Shown here in pieces: positions 24,049-36,864 of a stretch of 64,000 bases of DNA. Source of the DNA: Vicugna vicugna (taxonomy: Eukaryota); NCBI GenBank assembly GCA_013265495.1, contig MU058824.1, forward strand, positions 620,001 through 684,000, written 5' to 3'. The notes beneath the pieces were generated by a model. It had not been told where the DNA came from. It ran no database searches and saw nothing but the letters and a program-made list of their open reading frames with translations. Each line of letters opens with the position of its first letter. The stretch's first letter is position 1. The position numbers were made by a program, and so were the translations under genes.

Positions 24049-26160
24049 GTGAGTTAGGAATTCTGGCTAAGGCTTGATTCATGGATTCTGTGGAGGAAGG
24101 ATATTTGATTGGGGTCAGTGCCTACAGATTTGGTAGATTGCAGGAAAAGCAACAGAAGGTTTTTGTGGAAAACAGGCAGATTTTTATGGAGTTTAGGAAT
24201 TAGATAGAATTGGCATTTGAGATAGAACTGTTGAGTATTCAGGGATTTATGGAGAAATAGGCACATATTTCTGGAGCTTTGGCTATTTTCTAGGATTCAT
24301 GGAGCAGAGAGGTTTTTATAACCTTGTTTATGTATCAAAGGCTCCTTTAATAGGTTCAAGACAGGGTGGAGGAAACAGACAGGACCTGTTGAACAGCCTG
24401 ATGACATGGACATGAGCAGTACTGTCCAAGCAACCCAGGAAGAATGGTTCCCAAGTTTGGGGGATATAATTGGGCTCCTAGACTCTGGTAAAGAAATGGC
24501 CAGAAGGGAGGGTAAGGAAGTACTAAGAGAGCTGAACACAGCTGAAGCATTGCTTTGTAAGTTCAAATCTTGCAATTATATTTTATCCAGTAAAGGAAGG
24601 TTTTTGTTGTGTTTTTTGTTTTCTCCTTTGTTAAGGGCTTACTCAGCTCTCTATTCCACTGAAGGAGTGATCAGTTGAAGCTGAAAAGATAATGCCTTAG
24701 GAGTATCAAGTCCCAAGAAAGCAGTAGGGATGGGATCCCAGGGTTAGAGACTGGAGAGTAAAGGGTTTGAAGTAGTAAAGATCACAGTGCTTAGATTAAA
24801 GAGGGACCATCAGATAGCAGAATTAAGCAAGGTTATACCTAATAGGTTTAGGGTACTAGCAATAAGAAGGCAGGACTTCGGGAGACACAGATCTTGTTCA
24901 AGATTTTAATTTTTAGAAGAAGAGAGTAGTATACATTAAATAGCATATAACCCCTAAAGATTCCTCTAATGGGTAATTTAAAATAAAATTCTGTCTTTAT
25001 TCAGGCAGGAGCAGTCTTGTGTCAGTAAGGAGGGGGAGGTCTCTAGAAGATTTAAGTATTAATAATACAAATTAAAAGCTAAAAAGAAAAAAAAAGCTAA
25101 AAAGAACACATCACAACATATTTGTGAATATTCTTTGTAAAAATTTATAAAATTATAAGTATGTATGTATTATACACTAAAGACACATCTCTCATCTATG
25201 TATCTAATCATGTCTGCCTGTCTGTCCATCCATCTGTCTGTCTATATCTATCTACTTATCTATGTATCTATAATACAAAATTAGCTTGATTCCTTTCCTG
25301 ATTGTATGCTTTTATTTTTGGTGTGCTATTTGCATGAAATGACTCAGAAACGAAAGTGAAAAATCATTTTACAGTTTGACTAGATATTTTTTTTCTCTTA
25401 GGGTTGTTGTAATTCTTGCATAATAAAATACAAACCTCTGAATGTTTATTAGATGTCTGGTGCTAGGTTTCTGTGTAAAACAGCAATACCAGCCCCTAAC
25501 TTCCATGCCTCTCTAATTATATGTGAACTAGTTGAAGATCATCAAGTACAATGATTCATCACTCCAAGGTGCTCTGCGAAAGGCTACATTGTTACAAGAC
25601 TATTGTTCCCTGCTGAATATATTTATTTTGAGCTTTGGTTAATTTTTTTATTTTTAACATAAGCTCCAGATCTCTATCTGTGCTTATTATGTAAGAAATA
25701 ATAAACACTTGAATGCAGTTATCTACTTAAAATGTTTACTTCTTATGATAAAATCAGAAGGCTACTGCATTCTTAGAAATGTCTGTTTAGATTTATTGCT
25801 GTCATTATCAGCAGCATCATAATTATCATCATCATCATCACCTATTAATTTTGGTTGCTAACCATTTAATTCATGGATTGTTGTAAGTTCCCCAATAACA
25901 ATTACAAATAGTATATATCAAATAACAGAGCCCTTCTCCTTAGAAAAAAAGAGAGAGAAATGAGTACTGGTCAAAATTATAAGCAGCTTCCAATTTTCTA
26001 ATGGGTTGGTTGCCAAATTTTGTTTTGAAAGTGGTTTGAACTGGGAGCCGTTTTATTGACTGATTGGTGAACAATGTTATATATGAGGTTTATGTATCCA
26101 GCTTTGCTCTGCAAAACCCATTAAAGAGTTCAAACTCTATGTGTTTAATCCTATGATAGA

Positions 26161-26424
26161 TAGACATAGAATACAAACTTGTGTTTGCCAAGGGGGCGGG
26201 GGTGGGAAGGGACAGACTGGGATTTTAAAATGTAGAATAGATAAACAAGATTATACTGTATAGCACAGGGAAATATATACAAGATCTTGTGGTAGCTCAC
26301 AGCGAAAAAAAATGTGACAATGAATATATATATATTCATGTATAACTATAAAATTGTGCTCTACACTGGAATTTGACACAACATTGTAAAATGACTATTA
26401 CGCAATAAAAAAATGTTAAAAAAA
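26161..26424 (+). mobile_element. Young lineage-specific (camelid-type) L1 3' end, 5'-truncated
   Basis: 'ttatactgtatagcacagggaaatatatacaagatcttgtggtagctcacagcgaaaaaaaatgtgac', poly(A), TSD cctatgataga (26150-26160) / cctgtgataga (26428-26438). Confidence 0.85.
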
Positions 26425-26579
26425 CCCCCTGTGATAGAGTATTTGAGCATGTGTTTACTGGTAAAAATTTATCAAGACTCAGCATAGAGCCTTCCACTAG
26501 AGTTGATGAAGAGTAATTCTTCGCTTTCTGCTGTCTTCACCTACAACCCCAAGGAAGACATGAAAACATTTATGCCTTC

Positions 26580-27037
26580 TGTTGTGGGCTAAATTGTGTC
26601 GTCTCAAAGATCTCTCGAAATCCTAACCGCAGGTACCTATGAATGTAACCTTACTTGGAAATAGGGTCTTTGCAGATGTAACCAATTTAAGGTGAGGTCA
26701 TATTGGATTAGGATGAGCTCTAGTCTAATGACTGGTGTCCTTATAAGAAGAGGGAAATTTGGACACAGAGACAGGATGAACGCCATGTAACAGTGGAGGC
26801 AGAGATTGGGGTGATGCACCTACCAGCCATGGAATGACAGGACTGACAGCAACCACTAGACTCTAGGAAGAGGCAAGGAAAGACTCTTCCCTAGCACCTT
26901 CAAGAGCACACAGCCCTGCTGATACCTTGATTTTTGGACTTCTAACCTCCAAAACTGTGGGACAATAACTTTCTGCCATTTAAGCCACCTAAGTTTGTGG
27001 TAATTTGTTTTGGCAACCACAGGAAACAAAAAATATA
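26580..27037 (+). mobile_element. MLT1C-like solo LTR
   Basis: 'ttggaaatagggtctttgcagatgta', 'ggaggcagagattggggtgatgca'; TSD ccttc/ccttt. Confidence 0.9.
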
Positions 27038-27141
27038 CCTTTGAAATAAATAAAACTTGACCATTAGAAATTTCTCCATGTGTCTTTCTGCTCCAAAATA
27101 ACTCTGAGAATGGACTTATTACTAAAACAAAACCTGACATG

Positions 27142-27505
27142 TGTTATGGACTGAATGTTTTGTCTCCCCAAAATTCATATGTTGAAATCAGAACCTCCAA
27201 TGAGATGATATTAGGAGGTGGGGCCTTCAGGAAGTGATTGGATCGTGAGAATGGAGCCCTCATGAATGGATTCAGTTCCCTTATGAAGGGACCCCAGAGA
27301 GCTTTCTCTCCATCTCTTCCCCATGTGAGGATACACAAGAAGACAGCTATCTATGAACCAGGAAGCAGATCCCCACCAGACAGTGAATCCTCTAGTACCT
27401 TGGTCTTGGACTTCCAGCCTTCAGAACTGTGAGAAATGAATGTTGTTGTTATAGCCATTCAGTCTATGGTATTTTTTTTAATAGCAGTCCATACAAACTA
27501 AAACA
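27142..27505 (+). mobile_element. MLT1A0-like solo LTR
   Basis: TG...CA ends, 'attaggaggtggggcctt', 'ggagccctcatgaatgg'; TSD acatg/gcatg. Confidence 0.9.
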
Positions 27506-28479
27506 GCATGTTGAAGTGTGTTATGTGGTTTAGATTGCCATCATAAAACACAACTATGGCAGTAATATTAATTATATTGTTAATGCCTTTAAAATGTTAA
27601 TTATTTAGTTTATTAAGAATTTTGAGATATGGATGATACATAGTGAGTACCACAATTTGTAGAATTACTATGACAGGACATGAATATATGAGAAATACTT
27701 ACAGACCCTATACAACAGAAAGCTGTACATGTCATTTCTTGCTTTACATAGAAAACACACATTAAGTAAAGATAGACGAGATATAGTTAGGTTTTTAGAA
27801 GATACTTATGTTTACTTTCTTTCTTTCTTTTTTTTTTTAATTGAAACCTCCCTAAACTCCATATTTCCAGGGTAGCAGGAGGTGATTATTTGACTAGTGT
27901 TCCCCCTCACTCCAAAATGCTCTAAAAATCTAGGGACCTTAATGACTTCAAAGAGGCCAGCCATCTTTCCAGATACTTCACAGAGAAAGAAAAAGAATTG
28001 GAAAATTTGCTCCTGTTGGGTTCAGTTTTTTGTCTGTCATTGTTTCTTTTGTTTGTAAGTTACTGGTAACAACAGGTCCTCATAGTCTATATGAGGCATC
28101 CTTTTCCACTCCTATGATTATGCATTTTCTGGTTAATAACCCAGTGCAGCACTGTTGTGTTTCACACTTGGACCGCAATTCTTTAGTTCACATTCATCAG
28201 TTAAGAGCATGTGCTTAAAAGTCTGACAGTCTTGGGACCAGAAAGTGGGTATACTATCATATCTTCCTCATAAACTAATTGTAAGAATTAAACGAGAAAA
28301 TTGCCCATAAAGTACTTAGGAAAATGCCTGGCAAATAGCAATGTTTATAATAGTAAAACAGTGACTCAGTAGCAGAGGATTATAGCTGTATGTTTAGGAA
28401 GAGATTTAATGATGAAAAGCTTATGATAAACTTTAAGGGCAAAGAGAGGAATAAACTTATATATAGTGTGTGATTTTTA

Positions 28480-28851
28480 ATGTGACAAGAGGAATGGTGG
28501 TCACCAAACATTCCATTTTGTGTTCTTGGCGTTTCCATCCTTCCACTTGTAGTTGTGTAACTTGTTCTAGACAATGGACTGTGGGTAAAAGTTATGTGTC
28601 ACTTCTGGCTTAAAGCATAGAAGAGCTGGTGTAGAAGCCTTCAGCTGTTGCTTCTTCTGCCAAGGTGCTTGAAGAGTCATGTGTTCCAGACGTAACTACG
28701 GGATGGTGGAGTTTCCTGATCAGCCTGGGTCCTTGAGGGACTAAGCTCCTTGCTGACCCATGATGGGCGGGTAGCATGAGTAAGGAATAAGCCTTAGCTG
28801 AGTTAGGCCACTGGGGTTTGGGAGGTTAATCAGTTCTATCCTGCTCAGTAC
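28480..28851 (+). mobile_element. MLT1I/J-like solo LTR
   Basis: 'tgtgtcacttctggct', 'cagcctgggtccttgag', 'gcatgagtaaggaataagcctt...ggccactgggg'. Confidence 0.7.
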
Positions 28852-29132
28852 TCTTATCTTTATGGAAATATTAAATATTTAAACATTAAAGTATAAAAAG
28901 ATTTGAGGACAATTCAGTGGTTAATGTTAGATACTATGATTGTGGGTAATTTTAATTTTCTTTAAAATTTGTTCTGTATAAAAAATCAATGTTTTTACAG
29001 GGAGGCAATGATAAGTTTAGTTCATTTTAGAAAAATTTTGATCAAGACTGGTTAAATTAGAGCCAAAAGTTAAATTTAGAAACAATTTGTCACTCTCTAG
29101 CATTGACAACTGAATGAGAATTTAGTATAGAT

Positions 29133-29350
29133 TAGGGGTTGGCAAACTATAGCCCGTGGGACAAATATGGCCTGCAGCCTGTTTTTGTAAATAAAGTTTT
29201 ATTTGAGAACTCATCATTTTGAGAACTATCGTCTATGGTATTTTAGCTCCATAATGGCAGGGTTGAGTAGTTGCAACAGAGAACACATGGACCACAGAGC
29301 TTAAAATATTTACTCTCTGGCCCTTTTCAGTAAATATTTTCCAACCTTTT
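29133..29350 (+). mobile_element. MER58A (hAT-Charlie MITE)
   Basis: 'aggggttggcaaactatagcccgtggg...cctgtttttgtaaataaagtttt...aaaatatttactctctggccctttt'. Confidence 0.88.
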
Positions 29351-29371
29351 GTGTGATTGTAAACTTTGAGA

Positions 29372-29635
29372 AGGGCCATAACTAGGATAAAGAAGGGGAG
29401 GCACTTAAATAAGATGCAAGTTTTAAGGGGGTACCAAAAGTCAGTAATCAAGATTAAATAACTCTTTAATGCAGTATTTAAAATAAATGTTAATGTGAAA
29501 TATCCTTGATGAGCAAAACATCAACATTTTGAATAAAGATAGAATCAGTAATAGTACCATGCCAAGCAATAGTGGAGCCTGAGGCAATACTAATCCTATC
29601 TTTATTTAGAATTTTGATATTTTGTTCATCATGTA
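29372..29635 (+). mobile_element. MER96B-like hAT DNA element with internal inverted repeat
   Basis: 'agggccataactagg...tttaaggggg...tcagtaatcaagat'; 39-bp internal inverted repeat. Confidence 0.6.
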
Positions 29636-31529
29636 GGGCAGAGAAGTGCCCTAAATTGCCTAGCAAAAGCTTAGCACATGGCGGGCTTGTAATAAGGTTT
29701 TTTCATTGGTTATGAATTCATTAGCCCATGACACTGTGGAAGAAGGATTAGGAAAACTGTGTGAGTGGAAGAAGTTTCACCTAGCTGTTGTGGTTCTCAC
29801 GCTCTTACATGCTAAGTCTGTTCGGTAGTTTGGTGCACCAACAAATATTGGTGATAGGCTTTGCCTTAGTCCTAGACCTGTGGGTGCCATCCTAATTTAT
29901 ACGACTGTTTTAAGGCGGTATTTTGGGGATTTATTGTACTTTAAGCATAATTTTGAACATACTTTTTTCAAAATTTAGGTTATCTGTAAAGACTTGTACA
30001 ATCTAAATGCTTGAGACATTACTTTTTAGCCAACTATTTCTGGTGTCTTCTCCCATTTCTTAGTTGACATATTCATCAGATAGACAAATCTCATCCTCTC
30101 ATTCCAGGCTTTTCTTGTAATATCTCCATTCTGACTGGAAGATGAAATGTCCATTCCAAAAGGCAGATTTATTGGGATTCTGAGCTGCATTTTTCAGAGT
30201 TCAAAGATTCATGTACTATGTGCACTTGAACCTTTCTCAATATGATTATTAGATTTAGCTGCTCCCAAGGAATGAACATTATATTGTTTGCTCTTTGGCA
30301 CAGAGACCCATGTTGACTGGTACAGAGGCTTGGACCAGGGTTGGGAATGTTCACCTTTCTCTTCTAAACACCTACTATTTGGGAGAGAGAGGTTGATTTT
30401 GGTAAAGTTCAGGGAAGGAAGCACTACGTGAGTGGAATGCTGAAGTTACATAATGGTCATTAGACAAAACATTTTAAAGGGAGTATAATACATTTAGGAA
30501 TGGAGAACACAATTATACATTTAGTTTACTATTGACAATCAAAATAAATATATCCAAGTGGTAGTCACTCAAATGCAAAGAGAAAATTGTTCATGAAATT
30601 CTGATAAAATTATAAATAGGTTAGTCTGAATTATACTGGCATTTTGTTAGACGTCTTTATTACCAGACTTCTATTACCTGTGGTAGAATTGGTGGTTCTT
30701 CATGTAGGGAAGCAGAGAAAGAACAAGAAACATACTCCTGCCTCACCTCAGTTCTTTTATGTGGATGGAAAAAAGGGTGGGGAGAGGGTGGTAGGAGAGA
30801 GAAAGGGAAAACCCAGAAATGAGATTTGAAGAAAGGAGGAAGTAGAGAATGAGATGAATAGATTAAAGGAGAAATGTGGAGTGGAGAGGTGGTAGGGGGT
30901 AGAAAAGTTGTGAGGAGGGAGTAAGAGGCAGGAGTTTGAGTCTAATAACTCCATTTATTGTATTAGTTGGAGATAATATGTTGGAAACAGGGACTTAACA
31001 ACCTATGGCAATGGAGACTCATCTGATTCGCTACTTACTATACAAGTGCCCTTCAGATCAGTTGGATAGAGGGAGAATAATTCTGGTCTGGTGCCATTAT
31101 TATCTTCTAAAGGTAGTAATATTCTGAGGTTTGAGAAAATTCCTGATCTTACAATAAAGTGAACTAAGAAAAACTAAACATTTATCAAGGACACATAACA
31201 AGATCTGTGAGGAAGTTGCCTGAGAATTAAAGCTTCTAATGCTTTAATTATTCCCACTATCTTAATTTTCCTTCTGTTTTTTCTAATTTTCTAACATATT
31301 TTGGTAAGGGCTGCCTATAGCATGTTCTGTGGTATGTGGGAAAGTGGAAGTTTTTTCTGGAGAAAAATTCACTGCTCTTTTAAACTTTATCTTAAGGAAT
31401 TGGTATCTTAATTTTTCTCTATTTTTAAATTTTTTTGAGAGAAAACTTGGTCTTTTCTGCACAGGCAGTTTTCTCACATTCTATAGCTAAGTCATGTGGA
31501 AAGAATACTTCTACAGTTGACAATCATTG

Positions 31530-31530
<1 letters not shown>

Positions 31531-31563
<33 letters not shown>
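31531..31563. repeat. (TTA)11 microsatellite
   Basis: Directly visible. Confidence 0.95.
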
Positions 31564-31564
<1 letters not shown>

Positions 31565-31809
31565 GATGATGAGAGAATAAAAAGACTATTTCTTAGTATG
31601 TCTATAGCATCTAGTCACGTATTTTGTTTACAGAGGGTTCTCAATAAGAATTCACAAAATTATAAATTTTAAGGTCTTTATAGATAATGGTATATACATA
31701 CATTTTTTTCTACCTAAAATATTGTGGGAGTTGAATGTACTTATGCCAACTAGTGTATGTTATATTTTTATATCTGAATTTCACTTTTTTCATTTAATTG
31801 TATTTGTAT

Positions 31810-32380
31810 CAGAAGAGGACTCTTCTCTGCAATAGCCCTGCTCCCAAGGTGCCCATACTCTGAACTTGTTATCCTGCCCATCCCCCACATGACTGGATCA
31901 CAGGATCACAGCTGGTTGGAATAGATGGGCATCTATCTGATCCAAGTGCAAACAATCCATAGGTTGTTCTGTGACACATCTGTGATTCAGAATAAAAACA
32001 CTGATGAGGCCATTTGCACTCTCTAGGATTTGGACCTGGGAAATGAAGAGATTGAACCAATAAGCAGCACGTGCATAAACTGCAAGGAAGTGTGGAGTGT
32101 TGCCAAGCTTTGGGAGGTATTGGGAGTGGTCATATTGTGCTGTATGCTAGCTAAGACTATGAGGGAATAGAAACTGTGAATAACCAGAAGCAGCAGGGCA
32201 ACAGAGAGAAGGGAACTGAAAAGAGAAGCAGAGACACTGATAGAAAGAGAGAGTGGTTGAGTTTTAGAGCTTTTTTGTTTGTTTTCTGACAGCTCTCAGT
32301 TGATTAGTGAGTGTCTTTTGAAGTGTTTTCTTTTCTTGAGATAACTTCAGTGGATCTCTAGTCTTTCCAAACATATAGGT
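31810..32380 (+). mobile_element. Ancient ERVL/MaLR-type LTR (subfamily uncertain)
   Basis: 'gctggttggaatagatgggcatctatctgatccaag' and a 3' end 'ttttcttgagataacttcagtggatctctagtc' typical of the LTR33/MLT1K-L group. Confidence 0.4.
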
Positions 32381-33900
32381 ATTTTGAGGCCGTATTATGA
32401 AGAGCTTTGGATACTAGGGCAAGACGTTTGTAATATGTTGGACAAGGAATACGTATTACCTGTTTCTGAGATGCAGAGTAGTATCATTAGAAGTGCATTA
32501 AATAAAGATTAATCTGGAAGGAATATGTAGGAGAGATGGAGAAACTGATTCGGGAAGCTATTACAATAAGATATGAGGGAGGTAATTAAGGCCTTGGATT
32601 GAAGATATATATGACAGAAGGTAAATGAGCAGACAGATGTAAAAGCATAACAAAAGAAGAATCAATAACACATGGTAACTTATTGAATATCGAGGGCAAG
32701 GAGAAAGAAAATCTCAGAGCTGGAGCTGAGATTTTAAGGCTTGGAGGTTAGAAGTTGCTAGTATCATTAAGGGGAATAGGGAAGTTAGAAGGCTGGGTTG
32801 TTCTGAGTTGTGGAGGGCCAGATAGCTGTTTAGTTTTGCGTCTGTTCAGTTTCAGGTGTTGGTGGGAAAAACTATATAGTTTAGCTTAAGTAACTTTGAG
32901 TTCCTACCACCCTGTTCCTGGCACTTGATGGTGGAGGTGGAGGACTGAAGTTCAAGAATGAATAAAACACTATTTGTGCCTTTGAGGAGCTCCTAGTGTT
33001 ATGAATGAAATTGTCAGGTAGAGACATGTGGGTGGAGCAGCTTGAGAGAGAACTTTTGGATTGGAGATCCAGATGTCAAAAGAGCTCCAAAGAACTGGAT
33101 CATCAAAGGATAAAGTGAGGGGATGTAATGAGGAGCACCAAGGGTAAAACCATGGGGAATATTTGGTGTCATAGGGCAGGAGAAGGAAGGACATGGGGGA
33201 GGCATGGCCAGGACAGTCTTAAAAGAAGCAAGATAGTACAGGATCAGAAAAACCAAGGAAAGAAAGGATTTCAGGAGACACAAAGTCATCCACAGTGCGA
33301 AATATGGCAACAGCTTTAGAGAATGAAGTTGGATTTGACGTGTAGGAGGTCATTGTGATCCTAGAAGGACTTTGACAGTAAAGGGCAAGTGAAGAACTGC
33401 AGGAAGCAAATGTAGACCACTCTTTTAATAATTTGGGTACTGATGAGATGATAAAAGGAGGAAACTTGGGGTAAGGGGCAAGATCAAGAGGAGAATAGAA
33501 TTTTGTTTTTTAAAGACTGGGTCTATCTGAATAGACAGAAAAAGACATGACTGGTCAGGGGAAGAGTAAAAAATCAAGGAAGAGAACTGAAGGAGCAAGG
33601 AAGTAAGGAATTGGGGAGGGGGTTGGGATCAAGTGTAAAGGTGCAAAGGATAACCTTATCAGAAGGAGAGACAGTTCATCCTAGAGCCAAAGGCTGAAAG
33701 GAGGAGTACAACTTACAACACAGAGGAGTTCAGAGGGGAAGAGAAAGGAAGTAACAAGAAAAACACCTCAGATGTCTTTTATTTTCTCAGAAAAGTAGCA
33801 GGCTAGAAGTAGAGTCTTGTGATTGGGGATTTTAGGAACATAGAGGAAGAGAAAGTTTTTGAAAGGCCACTAAAGGGAATGGAACAGGGAATTAATAAGA
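32380..33900 (-). mobile_element. Long L2 fragment(s)
   Basis: Purine-rich; 'ggaagctattacaataag', 'gaggagcaccaagggtaaaaccatgggg', 'ggatttgacgtgtaggaggtcattg'. Confidence 0.7.
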
Positions 33901-35294
33901 GGTGAATGAGAGGGTTTTTGTGTGGTAATACAGAGACAAATAAGGATGAGGAGGTGAGAGATGAATCAAGAAAATGAAAACTATTTCAAAGAGTAGTACT
34001 CAAAGGATTTCAGAGAGTTCCTCCTTCCCCCACCCACACAATTTTACAAATACAGAATTTAATTCCAAGCAACTTACTCATGGATCTGATCGAGTTCCAA
34101 CCCCCACACCCTTTCTTTCTACATGAAAAGAGACAGGACAATTGATTATAAGGTTAATTTAAGGAATTGGTTAAATCTGAAATCTGACTATATCTGGAGA
34201 ATGTAAAATTGACCCAGTCAAAGATCTGTGTCTATGTACGTTGAACAAATGTGATAGCTGGTCAGTGAGTCACAGGAAGTGATTCAGGAATACTCCCTAA
34301 GCTGTAGTGTATGTGCTGGGTAAGAATATTTTTTCAAAATTCTAAACAATTCTGATTTTGCATGTAAATATTTAAATGTCTGATTTATACAAAATGACTG
34401 CCAATTAACTTATTATCTAAAAGAAACTCAGTTGTCAGAGGGCCTATTCTATTACTGAAAGATGGGTTTTCAATGTGAAGGTTACAGTTATAGAAGATGG
34501 TCTGGGAAATTATGATACATTTAGAAGTAATCAATCATTTTTAGCAATAGAATGAGAACATTATTTAAAATGTTTTAAAAAATATTTAATTTATTTCAGA
34601 TTTCAAGACTTAGTCCCTTAAGTTTCTATAAATCATCTGAAAGACAAGACTGAATTTCTGAGAACTCGTTTTTCTGCAGAGTTCCAAGAAAGCTTGAATT
34701 CCCTTAGAGGTAGTAGTGAAGTAATATTCTTATTTGTCTTTGTGGGCAGGATCAAATAATAACTTTATACTGAATTTCAGTTGTCAACTTTGGGAGCCAA
34801 ATAAAATGATCACAACTTTTCTGTGTCATTTTTGTGTGTAATTTCAGTAGCCACAGACAGAACAGACAGAATTGCCACAAGAATAGGCAGAATATTATTA
34901 TTACACCTGGCTAGACGTTCTCTAGACTTTTTTTTTTTTTTGGTTGTTGAAACTAAAAGTGATTCTAGAAAAAAAAAAAGGAAGTTGTATTAGACATTTT
35001 GTGTTTTCAGAGCGCGTTGTGATTGTTGGTTATCCTTCATCCTGCTGTGACGGCAGATGGGAATGCCATCAGTGATGTCCATAGGCTTCAGCGTGAAGCA
35101 GGGGTCAGTGACTGTTCTGGCCTCTTGCCCAGGAAATACAATGGAATGACTCAGTTTTCTTGGTTGAATTCCAAGGAGGCCTTGGAAGAGCCTTTCACAC
35201 TGAACTGGTACTAAAACCTTTAATACTTTTCTAAATTGGTAGAACTTGTCCTTGGGGTAGAGGCAAAGCCAGTGATATACCTATCTCTGCTGGG

Positions 35295-35319
35295 GTGTGT
35301 GTGTGTGTGTGTGTGTGTG
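35295..35319. repeat. (GT)n microsatellite
   Basis: Directly visible. Confidence 0.95.
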
Positions 35320-36656
35320 AGACCATAGCTGCTGGAAGTCCATACTCATTACGTCACAAGGGGACCGCTGGTCTCTGACCCTTATTATCTTGTAGGTCTC
35401 TGTTTAGGAAGGAGATACTCTGTGTTTCAGAGATATTCCTAGCCAAAGAATCTGGCTTCTATGAAGTATTAGGTGACAATGTGGATGAAGACTTGGTTTG
35501 GCAGGCCAAGCTCCCTATTTGACTTAAAAGCTTGGATATTATTCATCAATGTTCTTCTTCTTCTTTTTTTTTTTTAGCTGCATACTGTAAAGAATGCCCC
35601 CCTTAAAATGTCTGAAGGGCAAGCCAAGAGTGCCTGGGGGCTACCTTTCAGTGGATGCCCAAGTTACTTTAACTTCTCCCTAAATCTGATTCAGACGCCT
35701 TTTAGTTCACTTCATATTTCTGCCACCAACATTTCCTTTGTACCTGGCTATGTGCCATCTCATTTGCTACCTCTGTGCCAGGAATTCTGAGCAACTTTAC
35801 AACGTACAGGTAAGAATTCTCAAATGGGAAGGCAGAAGAGCTACCCTGGCCCCCATGTTCTGTGCCCATCGTCAGGATGGCACATGATGGAGCTGGGACC
35901 TGGGGTTTCTATTGCCACAGAACCACAGCTTTTCTTCCTTTTCAACCCAAGGCTGAAGTTCTTTTTGAGTATGACAACACCTATAGTGGTAGATTTATCA
36001 GTTTTCCACGTCTCTTGCAAGGGCTATCTTGGTAGTCTTTAATGAGAAAAATAATGGTGTTTACCTTTTCTAGAAAGACAACTGTGATTTCAGCATGCTC
36101 ATATACACAACCTGTACCAGCTCTGAGTAGAAGAGTCAGTATAGTATAAAGCAACGACCACCCCCGATAGGCATTGGAATCAATCAGATCTGGGTTTGAC
36201 TTCTGGCTCTCCCACTTTCTAACTATGTGACCTGGCAGAAGTTGCTATAAGCATTGGTTATCCACCATAGGGCTGTTGTGAGATTCTTATGTCACAGTTT
36301 GTTACTCTCTATGGTATTCAGTTCCACAGTAGCTGTTATTTGCAGCCCTGCTCCTTCCCTTCAAATTTCACTGCATCTCTTACATCATGGATATCTTCCA
36401 TGACCTGGGCAAAATGCAGACCATTCAGAAGGGCCTTCAGGACACTCTCTAGCTATCAAAGAACTAGTATAAGAAGTACTCAGGTTAGCCCTTGGCCTTC
36501 AGGAAGAATATCTATGTGGGTTATGCCATCTATCTCTTCCTATATCCACTACCCACTTGAGCTGAAAGCATAGTGTTTTCACCATCAGTCCTTTGTGGGG
36601 GTTGCTCTGTGGAATGTCATTACCTCTGTTCAAGTGAATCAACCACAACTTCTACC

Positions 36657-36689
<33 letters not shown>

Positions 36690-36718
36690 TATATATATAT
36701 ATATGTATGTATGTATAT
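36657..36718. repeat. (GT)n-(AT)n-(ATGT)n compound microsatellite
   Basis: Directly visible. Confidence 0.95.
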
Positions 36719-36864
36719 AATGTTTAACTATTTATATTTTTCATGTAAAAATTGCACCTTTATGTCATATGTGAATTTTTCAACCAGTGTGCAATGTTTC
36801 TTATATTTAAAATTTTTATAAGCAAGTGTATTTCATAATTGAGAAACAGCCCAAAGTGAGTATA

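Noticed and set aside
35011..35103. Exon-like segment after ttttgtgttttcag
   Set aside because: All three frames have stops and the donor is weak; at most a non-coding exon.
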